Shown here piece after piece: positions 26,260 to 39,549 of a DNA stretch of 64,000 bases. Every line of letters starts with the position of its first letter. Position 1 is the stretch's first letter. The position numbers and the translations under genes were made by a program. The DNA is from Eledone cirrhosa (Eukaryota): NCBI GenBank assembly GCA_964016885.1, contig OZ024740.1, positions 37,820,001-37,884,000 of the forward strand, written 5' to 3'. The notes beneath the pieces are model-generated. The model made no database searches, was not told the origin of the DNA, and was given only the letters and a program-made list of their open reading frames with translations.

Positions 26260-29200
26260 GTTAAAAGACAGTATAGTGTGGGACAATACCTAGGTTTAAA
26301 CAATGGTCTTATGGTCTATTACTGTTAAAAGACAGTATAATTTGTGACAATACCTAGGTTTAAACAATGGTCCTGTGGTTTATTACAGTTAAAAGACAGT
26401 ATAGTGTGTGACAATACCTAGGTTTAAACAATGGTCCTATGGTTTATTACGGTAAAAAGACATTATAGTTTGTTACAATACCTAGGTTTTAACAATGGTC
26501 CTATGGTTTATTAGTTAAAAGACAGTATAGTTTGTGACATTACCTAGGTTTAAACAATGGTCCTATGGTTTATTACAGTTAAAAGAGAGTATAGTTTGTG
26601 ACAATACCTAGGTTTTAAAAGGGTCCTATGGTTTATTAGTTAAAAGACAGTATAGTTTGTGACAATACCTAAGTTTAAACAATGGTCCTATGGTTTATTA
26701 CAGTTAAAAGACAGTATAGTATGTGACAATACCTAGGTTTTAACAATGGTCCTATGGTTTATTAGTTAAAAGACAGTATAGTTTGTGACAATACCTAGGT
26801 TTAAACAATGGTCCCATGGTTTATTACAGTTAAAGACAGTATAGTTTGTGACTATACCTATGTTTAAACAATGGTCCTATGGTCTATTACAGTTAAAAGA
26901 CAGTATAGTTTGTGACAATACCTAGGTTTAAACAATGGTCCTATGGTTTATTACAGTTAAAAGACAGTATAGTTTGTGACAATATCTAGGTTTTAACAAT
27001 GGTCCTATGGTTTATTACAGTTAAAAGACAGTATAGTTTGTGACAATACCTAGGTTTAAACAATGGTCCTATGGTTTATTACAGTTAAAAGACAGTATAG
27101 TTTGGGACAATACCTAGGTTTAAACAATGGTCCTATGGTTTATTACAGTTAAAAGACAGTATAGTTTGTGACAATATCTAGCTTTAAACAATGGTCCTAT
27201 GGTTTATTACAGTTAAAAGACAGTATAGTTTGTGACAATACCTAGGTTTAAACAATGGTCCTATGGTTTATTACAGTTAAAAGACAGTATAGTTTGTGAC
27301 AATACCTAGGTTTAAACAATGGTCCTATGGTTTATTACAGTTAAAAGACAGTATAGTTTGTGACAATACCTAGGTTTAAACAATGGTCCTATGGTTTATT
27401 ACAGTTAAAAGACAGTATAGTTTGTGACAATACCTAGGTTTAAACAATGGTCCTATGGTTTATTACAGTTAAAAGACAGTATAGTTTGTGACAATACCTA
27501 GGTTTAAACAATGGTCCTATGGTTTATTACAGTTAAAAGACAGTATAGTTTGGGAAAATACCTAGGTTTAAACAATGGTCCTATGGTTTATTACAGTTAA
27601 AAGACAGTATAGTTTGTGACAATACCTAGGTTTAAACAATAGTCCTATGGTTTATTACAGTTAAAAGACAGTATAGTTTGTGACTATACCTAGGTTTAAA
27701 CAAGGTCCTATGGTTTATTATAGTTAAAAGACAGTATAGTTTGTGACAATACCTAGGTTTAAACAATGGTCCTATGGTTTATTACAGTTAAAAGACAGTA
27801 TAGTTTGTGACAATACCTAGGTTTAAACAATGGTCCTATGGTTTATTACAGTTAAAAGACAGAATAGTTTGTGACAATACCTAGGTTTAAACAATGGTCC
27901 TATGGTTTATTACGGTAAAAAGACATTATAGTTTGTGCCAATACCTAGGTTTTAACAATGGTCCTATGGTTTATTACAGTTAAAAGACAGTATAGTTTGT
28001 GACAATACCTAGGTTTAAACAATGGTCCTATGGTTTATTACAGTTAAAAGACAGTATAGTTTGTGACAATACCTAGGTTTAAACAATGGTCCTATGGTTT
28101 ATTACAGTTAAAAGACAGTATAGTGTGGGACAATACCTAGGTTTAAACAATGGTCTTATGGTCTATTACTGTTAAAAGACAGTATAATTTGTGACAATAC
28201 CTAGGTTTAAACAATGGTCCTATGGTTTATTACGGTAAAAAGACATTATAGTTTGTGCCAATACCTAGGTTTTAACAATGGTCCTATGGTTTATTAGTTA
28301 AAAGACAGTATAGTTTGTGACATTACCTAGGTTTAAACAATGGTCCTATGGTTTATTACAGTTAAAAGAGAGTATAGTTTGTGACAATACCTAGGTTTTA
28401 AAATGGTCCTATGGTTTATTAGTTAAAAGACAGTATAGTTTGTGACAATACCTAAGTTTAAACAATGGTCCTATGGTTTATTACAGTTAAAAGACAGTAT
28501 AGTATGTGACAATACCTAGGTTTTAACAATGGTCCTATGGTTTATTAGTTAAAAGACAGTATAGTTTGTGACAATACCTAGGTTTAAACAATGGTCCCAT
28601 GGTTTATTACAGTTAAAGACAGTATAGTTTGTGACTATACCTAGGTTTAAACAATGGTCCTATGGTTTATTACAGTTAAAAGACAGTATAGTTTGTGACA
28701 ATACCTAGGTTTAAACAATGGTCCTATGGTTTATTACAGTTAAAAGACAGTATAGTTTGTGACAATATCTAGGTTTTAACAATGGTCCTATGGTTTATTA
28801 CAGTTAAAAGACAGTATAGTTTGTGACAATACCTAGGTTTAAACAATGGTCCTATGGTTTATTACAGTTAAAAGACAGTATAGTTTGTGACAATACCTAG
28901 GTTTAAACAATGGTCCTATGGTTTATTACAGTTAAAAGACAGTATAGTTTGTGACAATATCTAGCTTTAAACAATGGTCCTATGGTTTATTACAGTTAAA
29001 AGACAGTATAGTTTGTGACAATACCTAGGTTTAAACAATGGTCCTATGGTTTATTACAGTTAAAAGACAGTATAGTTTGTGACAATACCTAGGTTTAAAC
29101 AATGGTCCTATGGTTTATTACAGTTAAAAGACAGTATAGTTTGTGACAATACCTAGGTTTAAACAATGGTCCTATGGTTTATTACAGTTAAAAGACAGTA
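26260..29200 (+). repeat. Diverged duplication, offset about 1.8 kb (28 monomers)
   Basis: GTGTGGGAC, CTATTACTG, GACATTATAG, GACATTACC, AAGAGAGT (26587 and 28370, offset 1783 = 28x64-9), CCTAAG, AGTATGTGA, CCCATGG and TAGCTTT occur in the same order twice, with several private differences. Confidence 0.78.
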
Positions 29201-32049
29201 AAGTTTGTGACAATACCAAGGTTTTAACAATGGTCCTATGGTTTATTACAGTTAAAAGACAGTATAGTTTGTGACAATACCTAGGTTTAAACAATGGTCC
29301 TATGGTTTATTACAGTTAAAAGACAGTATAGTTTGTGCCAATACGTAGGTTTAAACAATGGTCCTATGGTTTATTACAGTTAAAAGACAGTATAGTTTGT
29401 GCCAATATCTAGGTTTAAACAATGGTCCTATGGTTTATTACAGTTAAAAGACAGTATAGTTTGTGCCAATACCTAGGTTTAAACAATGGTCCTATGGTTT
29501 ATTACAGTTAAAAGACAGTATAGTTTGTGACAATACCTAGGTTTAAACAATGGTCCTATGGTTTATTACACTTAAAAGACAGTATAGTTTGTGACAATAC
29601 CTAGGTTTAAACAATGGTCCTATGGTTTATTACAGTTAAAAGACAGTATAGTTTGTGACAATACCTAGGTTTAAACGATGGTCGTATGGTTTATTACAGT
29701 TAAAAGACAGTATAGTTTGTGCCAATACCTAGGTTTAAACAATGGTCCTATGGTTTATTACAGTTAAAAGACAGTATAGTTTGTGACAATAACTAGGTTT
29801 AAACAATGGTCCTATGGTTTATTACGGTAAAAAGACAGTATAGTTTGTGACAATACCTAGGTTTAAACAATGGTCCTATGGTTTATTACAGTTAAAAGAC
29901 AGTATAGTTTGTGACAATACCTAGCTTTAAACAATGGTCCTATGGTTTATTACAGTTAAAAGACAGTATAGTTTGTGACAATACCTAGGTTTAAACAATG
30001 GTCCTATGGTTTATTACAGTTAAAAGACAGTATAGTTTGTGACAATACCTAGGTTTAAACAATGGTCCTATGGTTTATTACAGTTAAAAGACAGTATAGT
30101 TTGTGAAAATACCTAGGTTTAAACAATGGTCCTATGGTTTATTACGGTAAAAAGACAGTATAGTTTGTGACAATACCTAGGTTTAAACAATGGTCCTATG
30201 GTTTATTACAGTTAAAAGACAGTATAGTTTGTGACAATACCTAGGTTTAAACAATGGTCCTATGGTTTATTACAGTTAAAAGACAGTATAGTTTGTGCCA
30301 ATATCTAGGTTTAAACAATGGTCCTATGGTTTATTAGTTAAAAGACAGTATAGTTTGTGACAATACCTAGGTTTTAACAATGGTCCTATGGTTTATTAGT
30401 TAAAATACAGTATAGTTTGTGACTATACCTAGGTTTAAACAATGGTCGTATGGTTTATTACAGTTAAAAGACAGTATAGTTTGTGACAATACCTAGGTTT
30501 AAACAATGGTCCTATGGTTTATTACGGTAAAAAGACAGTATAGTTTGTGACAATACCTAGGTTTTAACAATGGTCCTATGGTTTATTACAGTTAAAAGAC
30601 AGTATAGTTTGTGACAATACCTGGGTTTAAACAATGGTCCTATGGTTTATTATAGTTAAAAGACAGTATAGTTTGTGCCAATACCTAGGTTTAAACAATG
30701 GTCCTATGGTTTATTACAGTTAAAAGACAGTATAGTTTGTGACAATACCTAGGTTTAAACAATGGTCCTATGGTTTATTACAGTTAAAAGACAGTATAGT
30801 TTGTGCCAATACCTAGGTTTAAACAATGGTCCTATGGTTTATTACAGTTAAAAGACAGTATAGTTTGTGACAATACCTAGGTTTAAACAATGGTCCTATG
30901 GTTTATTACAGTTAAAAGACAGTATAGTTTGTGACAATACCTAGGTTTTAACAACGGTCCTATGGTTTATTACAGTTAAAAGACAGTATAGTTTGTGACA
31001 ATACCTAGGTTTTAACAACGGTCCTATGGTTTATTAGTTAAAAGACAGTATAGTTTGTGACAATACCTAGGTTTAAACAATGGTCCTATGGTTTATTACA
31101 GTTAAAAGAGAGTATAGTTTGTGACAATACCTAGGTTTTAAAATGGTCCTATGGTTTATTAGTTAAAAGACAGTATAGTTTGTGACAATACCTAAGTTTA
31201 AACAATGGTCCTATGGTTTATTACAGTTAAAAGACAGTATAGTTTGTGACAATACCTAGGTTTTAACAATGGTCCTATGGTTTATTAGTTAAAAGACAGT
31301 ATAGTTTGTGACAATACCTAGGTTTAAACAATGGTCCCATGGTTTATTACAGTTAAAAGACAGTATAGTTTGTGACTATACCTAGGTTTAAACAATGGTC
31401 GTATGGTTTATTACAGTTAAAAGACAGTATAGTTTGTGACAATACCTAGGTTTTAACAATGGTCCTATGGTTTATTACAGTTAAAAGACAGTATAGTTTG
31501 TGACAATACCTAGGTTTAAACAATGGTCCTATGGTTTATTACAGTTAAAAGACAGTATAGTTTGTGACAATATCTAGGTTTTAACAATGGTCCTATGGTT
31601 TATTACAGTTAAAAGACAGTATAGTTTGTGACTATACCTAGGTTTAAACAATGGTCCTATGGTTTATTACAGTTAAAAGACAGTATAGTGTGTGACAATA
31701 CCTAGGTTTAAACAATGGTCCTATGGTTTATTACGGTAAAAAGACAGTATAGTTTGTGACAATACCTAGGTTTAAACAATGGTCCTATGGTTTATTACAG
31801 TTCAAAGACAGTATAGATTGTGACAATACCTAGGTTTAATCAATGGTCCTATGGTTTATTACAGTTAAAAGACAGTATAGTTTGTGACAATACCTAGGTT
31901 TAAACAATGGTCCTATGGTTTATTACAGTTAAAAGACAGTATAGTTTGTGACAATATCTAGGTTTAAACAATGGTCCTATGGTTTATTATAGTTAAAAGA
32001 CAGTATAGTTTGTGACAATACCTAGGTTTAAACAATGGTCCTATGGTTT

Positions 32050-35000
32050 ATTACAGTTAAAAGACAGTATAGTTTGTGACAATACCTAGGTTTAAACAAT
32101 GGTCCTATGGTTTATTACAGTTAAAAGACAGTAAAGTTTGTGACAATACCAAGGTTTTAACAATGGTCCTATGGTTTATTACAGTTAAAAGACAGTATAG
32201 TTTGTGACAATACCTAGGTTTAAACAATGGTCCTATGGTTTATTACAGTTAAAAGACAGTATAGTTTGTGACAATACCTAGGTTTAAACAATGGTCCTAT
32301 GGTTTATTACAGTTAAAAGACAGTATAGTTTGGGACAATACCTAGGTTTAAACAATGGTCCTATGGTTTATTACAGTTAAAAGACAGTATAGTTTGTGAC
32401 AATACCTAGGTTTAAACAATGGTCCTATGGTTTATTACAGTTAAAAGACAGTATAGTTTGTGACAATATCTAGGTTTAAACAATGGTCGTATGGTTTATT
32501 ACAGTTAAAAGACAGTATAGTTTGTGACAATACCTAGGTTTAAACAATGGTCCTATGGTTTATTACTGTTAAAAGACAGTATAGTTTGTGACTATACCTA
32601 GGTTTAAACAATGGTCCTATGGTTTATTACAGTTAAAAGACAGTATAGTGTGTGACAATACCTAGGTTTAAACAATGGTCCTATGGTTTATTACGGTAAA
32701 AAGACAGTATAGTTTGTGACAATACCTAGGTTTAAACAATGGTCCTATGGTTTATTACAGTTCAAAGACAGTATAGATTGTGACAATACCTAGGTTTAAA
32801 CAATGGTCCTATGGTTTATTACAGTTAAAAGACAGTATAGTTTGTGACAATACCTAGGTTTAAACAATGGTCCTATGGTTTATTACAGTTAAAAGACAGT
32901 ATAGTTTGTGACAATATCTAGGTTTAAACAATGGTCCTATGGTTTATTATAGTTAAAAGACAGTATAGTTTGTGACAATACCTAGGTTTAAACAATGGTC
33001 CTATGGTTTATTACAATTAAAAGACAGTATAGTTTGTGACGATACCTAGGTTTAAACAATGGTCCTATGGTTTATTACAGTTAAAAGACAGTAAAGTTTG
33101 TGACAATACCAAGGTTTTAACAATGGTCCTATGGTTTATTACAGTTAAAAGACAGTATAGTTTGTGACAATACCTAGGTTTAAACAATGGTCCTATGGTT
33201 TATTACAGTTAAAAGACAGTATAGTTTGTGACAATACCTAGGTTTAAACAATGGTCCTATGGTTTATTACAGTTAAAAGACAGTATAGTTTGGGACAATA
33301 CCTAGGTTTAAACAATGGTCCTATGGTTTATTACAGTTAAAAGACAGTATAGTTTGTGACAATACCTAGGTTTAAACAATGGTCCTATGGTTTATTACAG
33401 TTAAAAGACAGTATAGTTTGTGCCAATACCTAGGTTTTAACAATGGTCCTATGGTTTATTACAGTTAAAAGACAGTATAGTTTGTGACAATACCTAGGTT
33501 TTAACAATGGTCCTATGGTTTATTACAGTTAAAAGACAGTATAGTTTGTGACAATACCTAGGTTTTAACAATGGTCCTATGGTTTATTAGTTAAAAGACA
33601 GTATAGTTTGTGACAATACCTAGGTTTTAACAATGGTCCTATGGTTTATTAGTTAAAAGACAGTATAGTGTGTGACAATACCTAGGTTTAAACAATGGTC
33701 TTATGGTCTATTACAGTTAAAAGACAGTATAATTTGTGACAATACCTAGGTTTAAACAATGGTCCTGTGGTTTATTACAGTTAAAAGACAGTATAGTGTG
33801 TGACAATACATAGGTTTAAACAATGGTCCTATGGTTTATTACGGTAAAAAGACAGTATAGTTTGTGACAATACCTAGGTTTTAACAATGGTCCTATGGTT
33901 TATTAGTTAAAAGACAGTATAGTTTGTGACAATACCTAGGTTTAAACAATGGTCCTATGGTTTATTACAGTTAAAAGAGAGTATAGTTTGTGACAATACC
34001 TAGGTTTTAAAATGGTCCTATGGTTTATTAGTTAAAAGACAGTATAGTTTGTGACAATACCTAAGTTTAAACAATGGTCCTATGGTTTATTACAGTTAAA
34101 AGACAGTATAGTTTGTGACAATACCTAGGTTTTAACAATGGTCCTATGGTTTATTACAGTTAAAAGACAGTATAGTTTGTGACAATATCTAGGTTTAAAC
34201 AATGGTCCTATGGTTTATTATAGTTAAAAGACAGTATAGTTTGTGACAATACCTAGGTTTAAACAATGGTCCTATGGTTTATTACAGTTAAAAGACAGTA
34301 TAGTTTGGGACAATACCTAGGTTTAAACAATGGTCCTATGGTTTATTACAGTTAAAAGACAGTATAGTTTGTGACAATACCTAGGTTTAAACAATGGTCC
34401 TATGGTTTATTACAGTTAAAAGACAGTATAGTTTATGACTATACCTAGGTTTAAACAAGGTCCTATGGTTTATTATAGTTAAAAGACAGTATAGTTTGTG
34501 ACAATATCTAGGTTTAAACAATGGTCCTATAGTTTATTACAGTTAAAAGACAGTATAGTTTGTGACAATACCTAGGTTTTAACAATGGTCCTATGGTTTA
34601 TTAGTTAAAAGACAGTATAGTTTGTGACAATACCTAGGTTTAAACAATGGTCCTATGGTTTATTACAGTTAAAAGACAGTATAGTTTGTGACAATACCTA
34701 GGTTTAAACAATGGTCCTATGGTTTATTACAGTTAAAAGACAGTATAGTTTGTATCAATACCTAGGTTTAAACAATGGTCCTATGGTTTATTACCGTTAA
34801 AAGACAGTATAGTTTGTGCCAATACCTAGGTTTAAACAATGGTCCTATGGTTTATTACAGTTAAAAGACAGTATAGTTTGTGACAATACCTAGGTTTAAA
34901 CAATGGTCCTATGGTTTATTACAGTTAAAAGACAGTATAGTTTGTGACAATACCTAGGTTTAAACAATGGTCCTATGGTTTATTACAGTTAAAAGACAGT

Positions 35001-38000
35001 ATAGTTTGTGACAATACCTAGGTTTAAACAATGGTCCTATGGTTTATTACAGTTAAAAGACAGTATAGTTTGTGCCAATACCTAGGTTTTAACAATGGTC
35101 CTATGGTTTATTACAGTTAAAAGACAGTATAGTTTGTGACAATACCTAGGTTTTAACAATGGTCCTATGGTTTATTACAGTTAAAAGACAGTATAGTTTG
35201 TGACAATACCTAGGTTTTAACAATGGTCCTATGGTTTATTAGTTAAAAGACAGTATAGTTTGTGACAATATCTAGGTTTTAACAATGGTCCTATGCTTTA
35301 TTAGTTAAAAGACAGTATAGTTTGTGACAATACCTAGGTTTTAACAATGGTCCTATGGTTTATTAGTTAAAAGACAGTATAGTGTGTGACAATACCTAGG
35401 TTTAAACAATGGTCTTATGGTCTATTACAGTTAAAAGACAGTATAATTTGTGACAATACCTAGGTTTAAACAATGGTCCTATGGTTTATTACGGTAAAAA
35501 GACAGTATAGTTTGTGACAATACCTAGGTTTTAACAATGGTCCTATGGTTTATTAGTTAAAAGACAGTATAGTTTGTGACAATACCTAGGTTTAAACAAT
35601 GGTTCTATGGTTTATTACAGTTAAAAGAGAGTATAGTTTGTGACAATACCTAGGTTTTAAAATGGTCCTATGGTTTATTAGTTAAAAGACAGTATAGTTT
35701 GTGACAATACCTAAGTTTAAACAATGGTCCTATGGTTTATTACAGTTAAAAGACAGTATAGTTTGTGACAATACCTAGGTTTAAACAATGGTCCTATGGT
35801 TTATTACAGTTAAAAGACAGTAAAGTTTGTGACAATACCAAGGTTTTAACAATGGTCCTATGGTTTATTACAGTTAAAAGACAGTATAGTTTGTGACAAT
35901 ACCTAGGTTTAAACAATGGTCCTATGGTTTATTACAGTTAAAAGACAGTATAGTTTGTGACAATACCTAGGTTTAAACAATGGTCCTATGGTTTATTACA
36001 GTTAAAAGACAGTATAGTTTGGGACAATACCTAGGTTTAAACAATGGTCCTATGGTTTATTACAGTTAAAAGACAGTATAGTTTGTGACAATACCTAGGT
36101 TTAAACAATGGTCCTATGGTTTATTACAGTTAAAAGACAGTATAGTTTGTGACAATATCTAGGTTTAAACAATGGTCGTATGGTTTATTACAGTTAAAAG
36201 ACAGTATAGTTTGTGACAATACCTAGGTTTAAACAATGGTCCTATGGTTTATTACTGTTAAAAGACAGTATAGTTTGTGACTATACCTAGGTTTAAACAA
36301 TGGTCCTATGGTTTATTACAGTTAAAAGACAGTATAGTGTGTGACAATACCTAGGTTTAAACAATGGTCCTATGGTTTATTACGGTAAAAAGACAGTATA
36401 GTTTGTGACAATACCTAGGTTTAAACAATGGTCCTATGGTTTATTACAGTTCAAAGACAGTATAGATTGTGACAATACCTAGGTTTAAACAATGGTCCTA
36501 TGGTTTATTACAGTTAAAAGACAGTATAGTTTGTGACAATACCTAGGTTTAAACAATGGTCCTATGGTTTATTACAGTTAAAAGACAGTATAGTTTGTGA
36601 CAATATCTAGGTTTAAACAATGGTCCTATGGTTTATTATAGTTAAAAGACAGTATAGTTTGTGACAATACCTAGGTTTAAACAATGGTCCTATGGTTTAT
36701 TACAATTAAAAGACAGTATAGTTTGTGACGATACCTAGGTTTAAACAATGGTCCTATGGTTTATTACAGTTAAAAGACAGTAAAGTTTGTGACAATACCA
36801 AGGTTTTAACAATGGTCCTATGGTTTATTACAGTTAAAAGACAGTATAGTTTGTGACAATACCTAGGTTTAAACAATGGTCCTATGGTTTATTACAGTTA
36901 AAAGACAGTATAGTTTGTGACAATACCTAGGTTTAAACAATGGTCCTATGGTTTATTACAGTTAAAAGACAGTATAGTTTGGGACAATACCTAGGTTTAA
37001 ACAATGGTCCTATGGTTTATTACAGTTAAAAGACAGTATAGTTTGTGACAATACCTAGGTTTAAACAATGGTCCTATGGTTTATTACAGTTAAAAGACAG
37101 TATAGTTTGTGCCAATACCTAGGTTTTAACAATGGTCCTATGGTTTATTACAGTTAAAAGACAGTATAGTTTGTGACAATACCTAGGTTTTAACAATGGT
37201 CCTATGGTTTATTACAGTTAAAAGACAGTATAGTTTGTGACAATACCTAGGTTTTAACAATGGTCCTATGGTTTATTAGTTAAAAGACAGTATAGTTTGT
37301 GACAATACCTAGGTTTTAACAATGGTCCTATGGTTTATTAGTTAAAAGACAGTATAGTGTGTGACAATACCTAGGTTTAAACAATGGTCTTATGGTCTAT
37401 TACAGTTAAAAGACAGTATAATTTGTGACAATACCTAGGTTTAAACAATGGTCCTGTGGTTTATTACAGTTAAAAGACAGTATAGTGTGTGACAATACAT
37501 AGGTTTAAACAATGGTCCTATGGTTTATTACGGTAAAAAGACAGTATAGTTTGTGACAATACCTAGGTTTTAACAATGGTCCTATGGTTTATTAGTTAAA
37601 AGACAGTATAGTTTGTGACAATACCTAGGTTTAAACAATGGTCCTATGGTTTATTACAGTTAAAAGAGAGTATAGTTTGTGACAATACCTAGGTTTTAAA
37701 ATGGTCCTATGGTTTATTAGTTAAAAGACAGTATAGTTTGTGACAATACCTAAGTTTAAACAATGGTCCTATGGTTTATTACAGTTAAAAGACAGTATAG
37801 TTTGTGACAATACCTAGGTTTTAACAATGGTCCTATGGTTTATTACAGTTAAAAGACAGTATAGTTTGTGACAATATCTAGGTTTAAACAATGGTCCTAT
37901 GGTTTATTATAGTTAAAAGACAGTATAGTTTGTGACAATACCTAGGTTTAAACAATGGTCCTATGGTTTATTACAGTTAAAAGACAGTATAGTTTGGGAC

Positions 38001-39480
38001 AATACCTAGGTTTAAACAATGGTCCTATGGTTTATTACAGTTAAAAGACAGTATAGTTTGTGACAATACCTAGGTTTAAACAATGGTCCTATGGTTTATT
38101 ACAGTTAAAAGACAGTATAGTTTATGACTATACCTAGGTTTAAACAAGGTCCTATGGTTTATTATAGTTAAAAGACAGTATAGTTTGTGACAATATCTAG
38201 GTTTAAACAATGGTCCTATAGTTTATTACAGTTAAAAGACAGTATAGTTTGTGACAATACCTAGGTTTTAACAATGGTCCTATGGTTTATTAGTTAAAAG
38301 ACAGTATAGTTTGTGACAATACCTAGGTTTAAACAATGGTCCTATGGTTTATTACAGTTAAAAGACAGTATAGTTTGTGACAATACCTAGGTTTAAACAA
38401 TGGTCCTATGGTTTATTACAGTTAAAAGACAGTATAGTTTGTATCAATACCTAGGTTTAAACAATGGTCCTATGGTTTATTACCGTTAAAAGACAGTATA
38501 GTTTGTGCCAATACCTAGGTTTAAACAATGGTCCTATGGTTTATTACAGTTAAAAGACAGTATAGTTTGTGACAATACCTAGGTTTAAACAATGGTCCTA
38601 TGGTTTATTACAGTTAAAAGACAGTATAGTTTGTGACAATACCTAGGTTTAAACAATGGTCCTATGGTTTATTACAGTTAAAAGACAGTATAGTTTGTGA
38701 CAATACCTAGGTTTAAACAATGGTCCTATGGTTTATTACAGTTAAAAGACAGTATAGTTTGTGCCAATACCTAGGTTTTAACAATGGTCCTATGGTTTAT
38801 TACAGTTAAAAGACAGTATAGTTTGTGACAATACCTAGGTTTTAACAATGGTCCTATGGTTTATTACAGTTAAAAGACAGTATAGTTTGTGACAATACCT
38901 AGGTTTTAACAATGGTCCTATGGTTTATTAGTTAAAAGACAGTATAGTTTGTGACAATATCTAGGTTTTAACAATGGTCCTATGCTTTATTAGTTAAAAG
39001 ACAGTATAGTTTGTGACAATACCTAGGTTTTAACAATGGTCCTATGGTTTATTAGTTAAAAGACAGTATAGTGTGTGACAATACCTAGGTTTAAACAATG
39101 GTCTTATGGTCTATTACAGTTAAAAGACAGTATAATTTGTGACAATACCTAGGTTTAAACAATGGTCCTATGGTTTATTACGGTAAAAAGACAGTATAGT
39201 TTGTGACAATACCTAGGTTTTAACAATGGTCCTATGGTTTATTAGTTAAAAGACAGTATAGTTTGTGACAATACCTAGGTTTAAACAATGGTTCTATGGT
39301 TTATTACAGTTAAAAGAGAGTATAGTTTGTGACAATACCTAGGTTTTAAAATGGTCCTATGGTTTATTAGTTAAAAGACAGTATAGTTTGTGACAATACC
39401 TAAGTTTAAACAATGGTCCTATGGTTTATTACAGTTAAAAGACAGTATAGTTTGTGACAATACCTAGGTTTAAACAATGG
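32050..39480 (+). repeat. Tandem duplication, 3689-bp unit (58 monomers), 2 near-identical copies
   Basis: TTACAATTAA...GACGATAC at 33011/36700, TGTATCAAT at 34751/38440 and GGTTCTATGG at 35601/39290. All offsets are 3689 = 58x64-23. Confidence 0.92.
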
Positions 39481-39549
39481 TCCTATGGTTTATTACAGTT
39501 AAAAGACAGTATAGTTTGTGACAATACCTAGGTTTAAACAATGGTCCTA

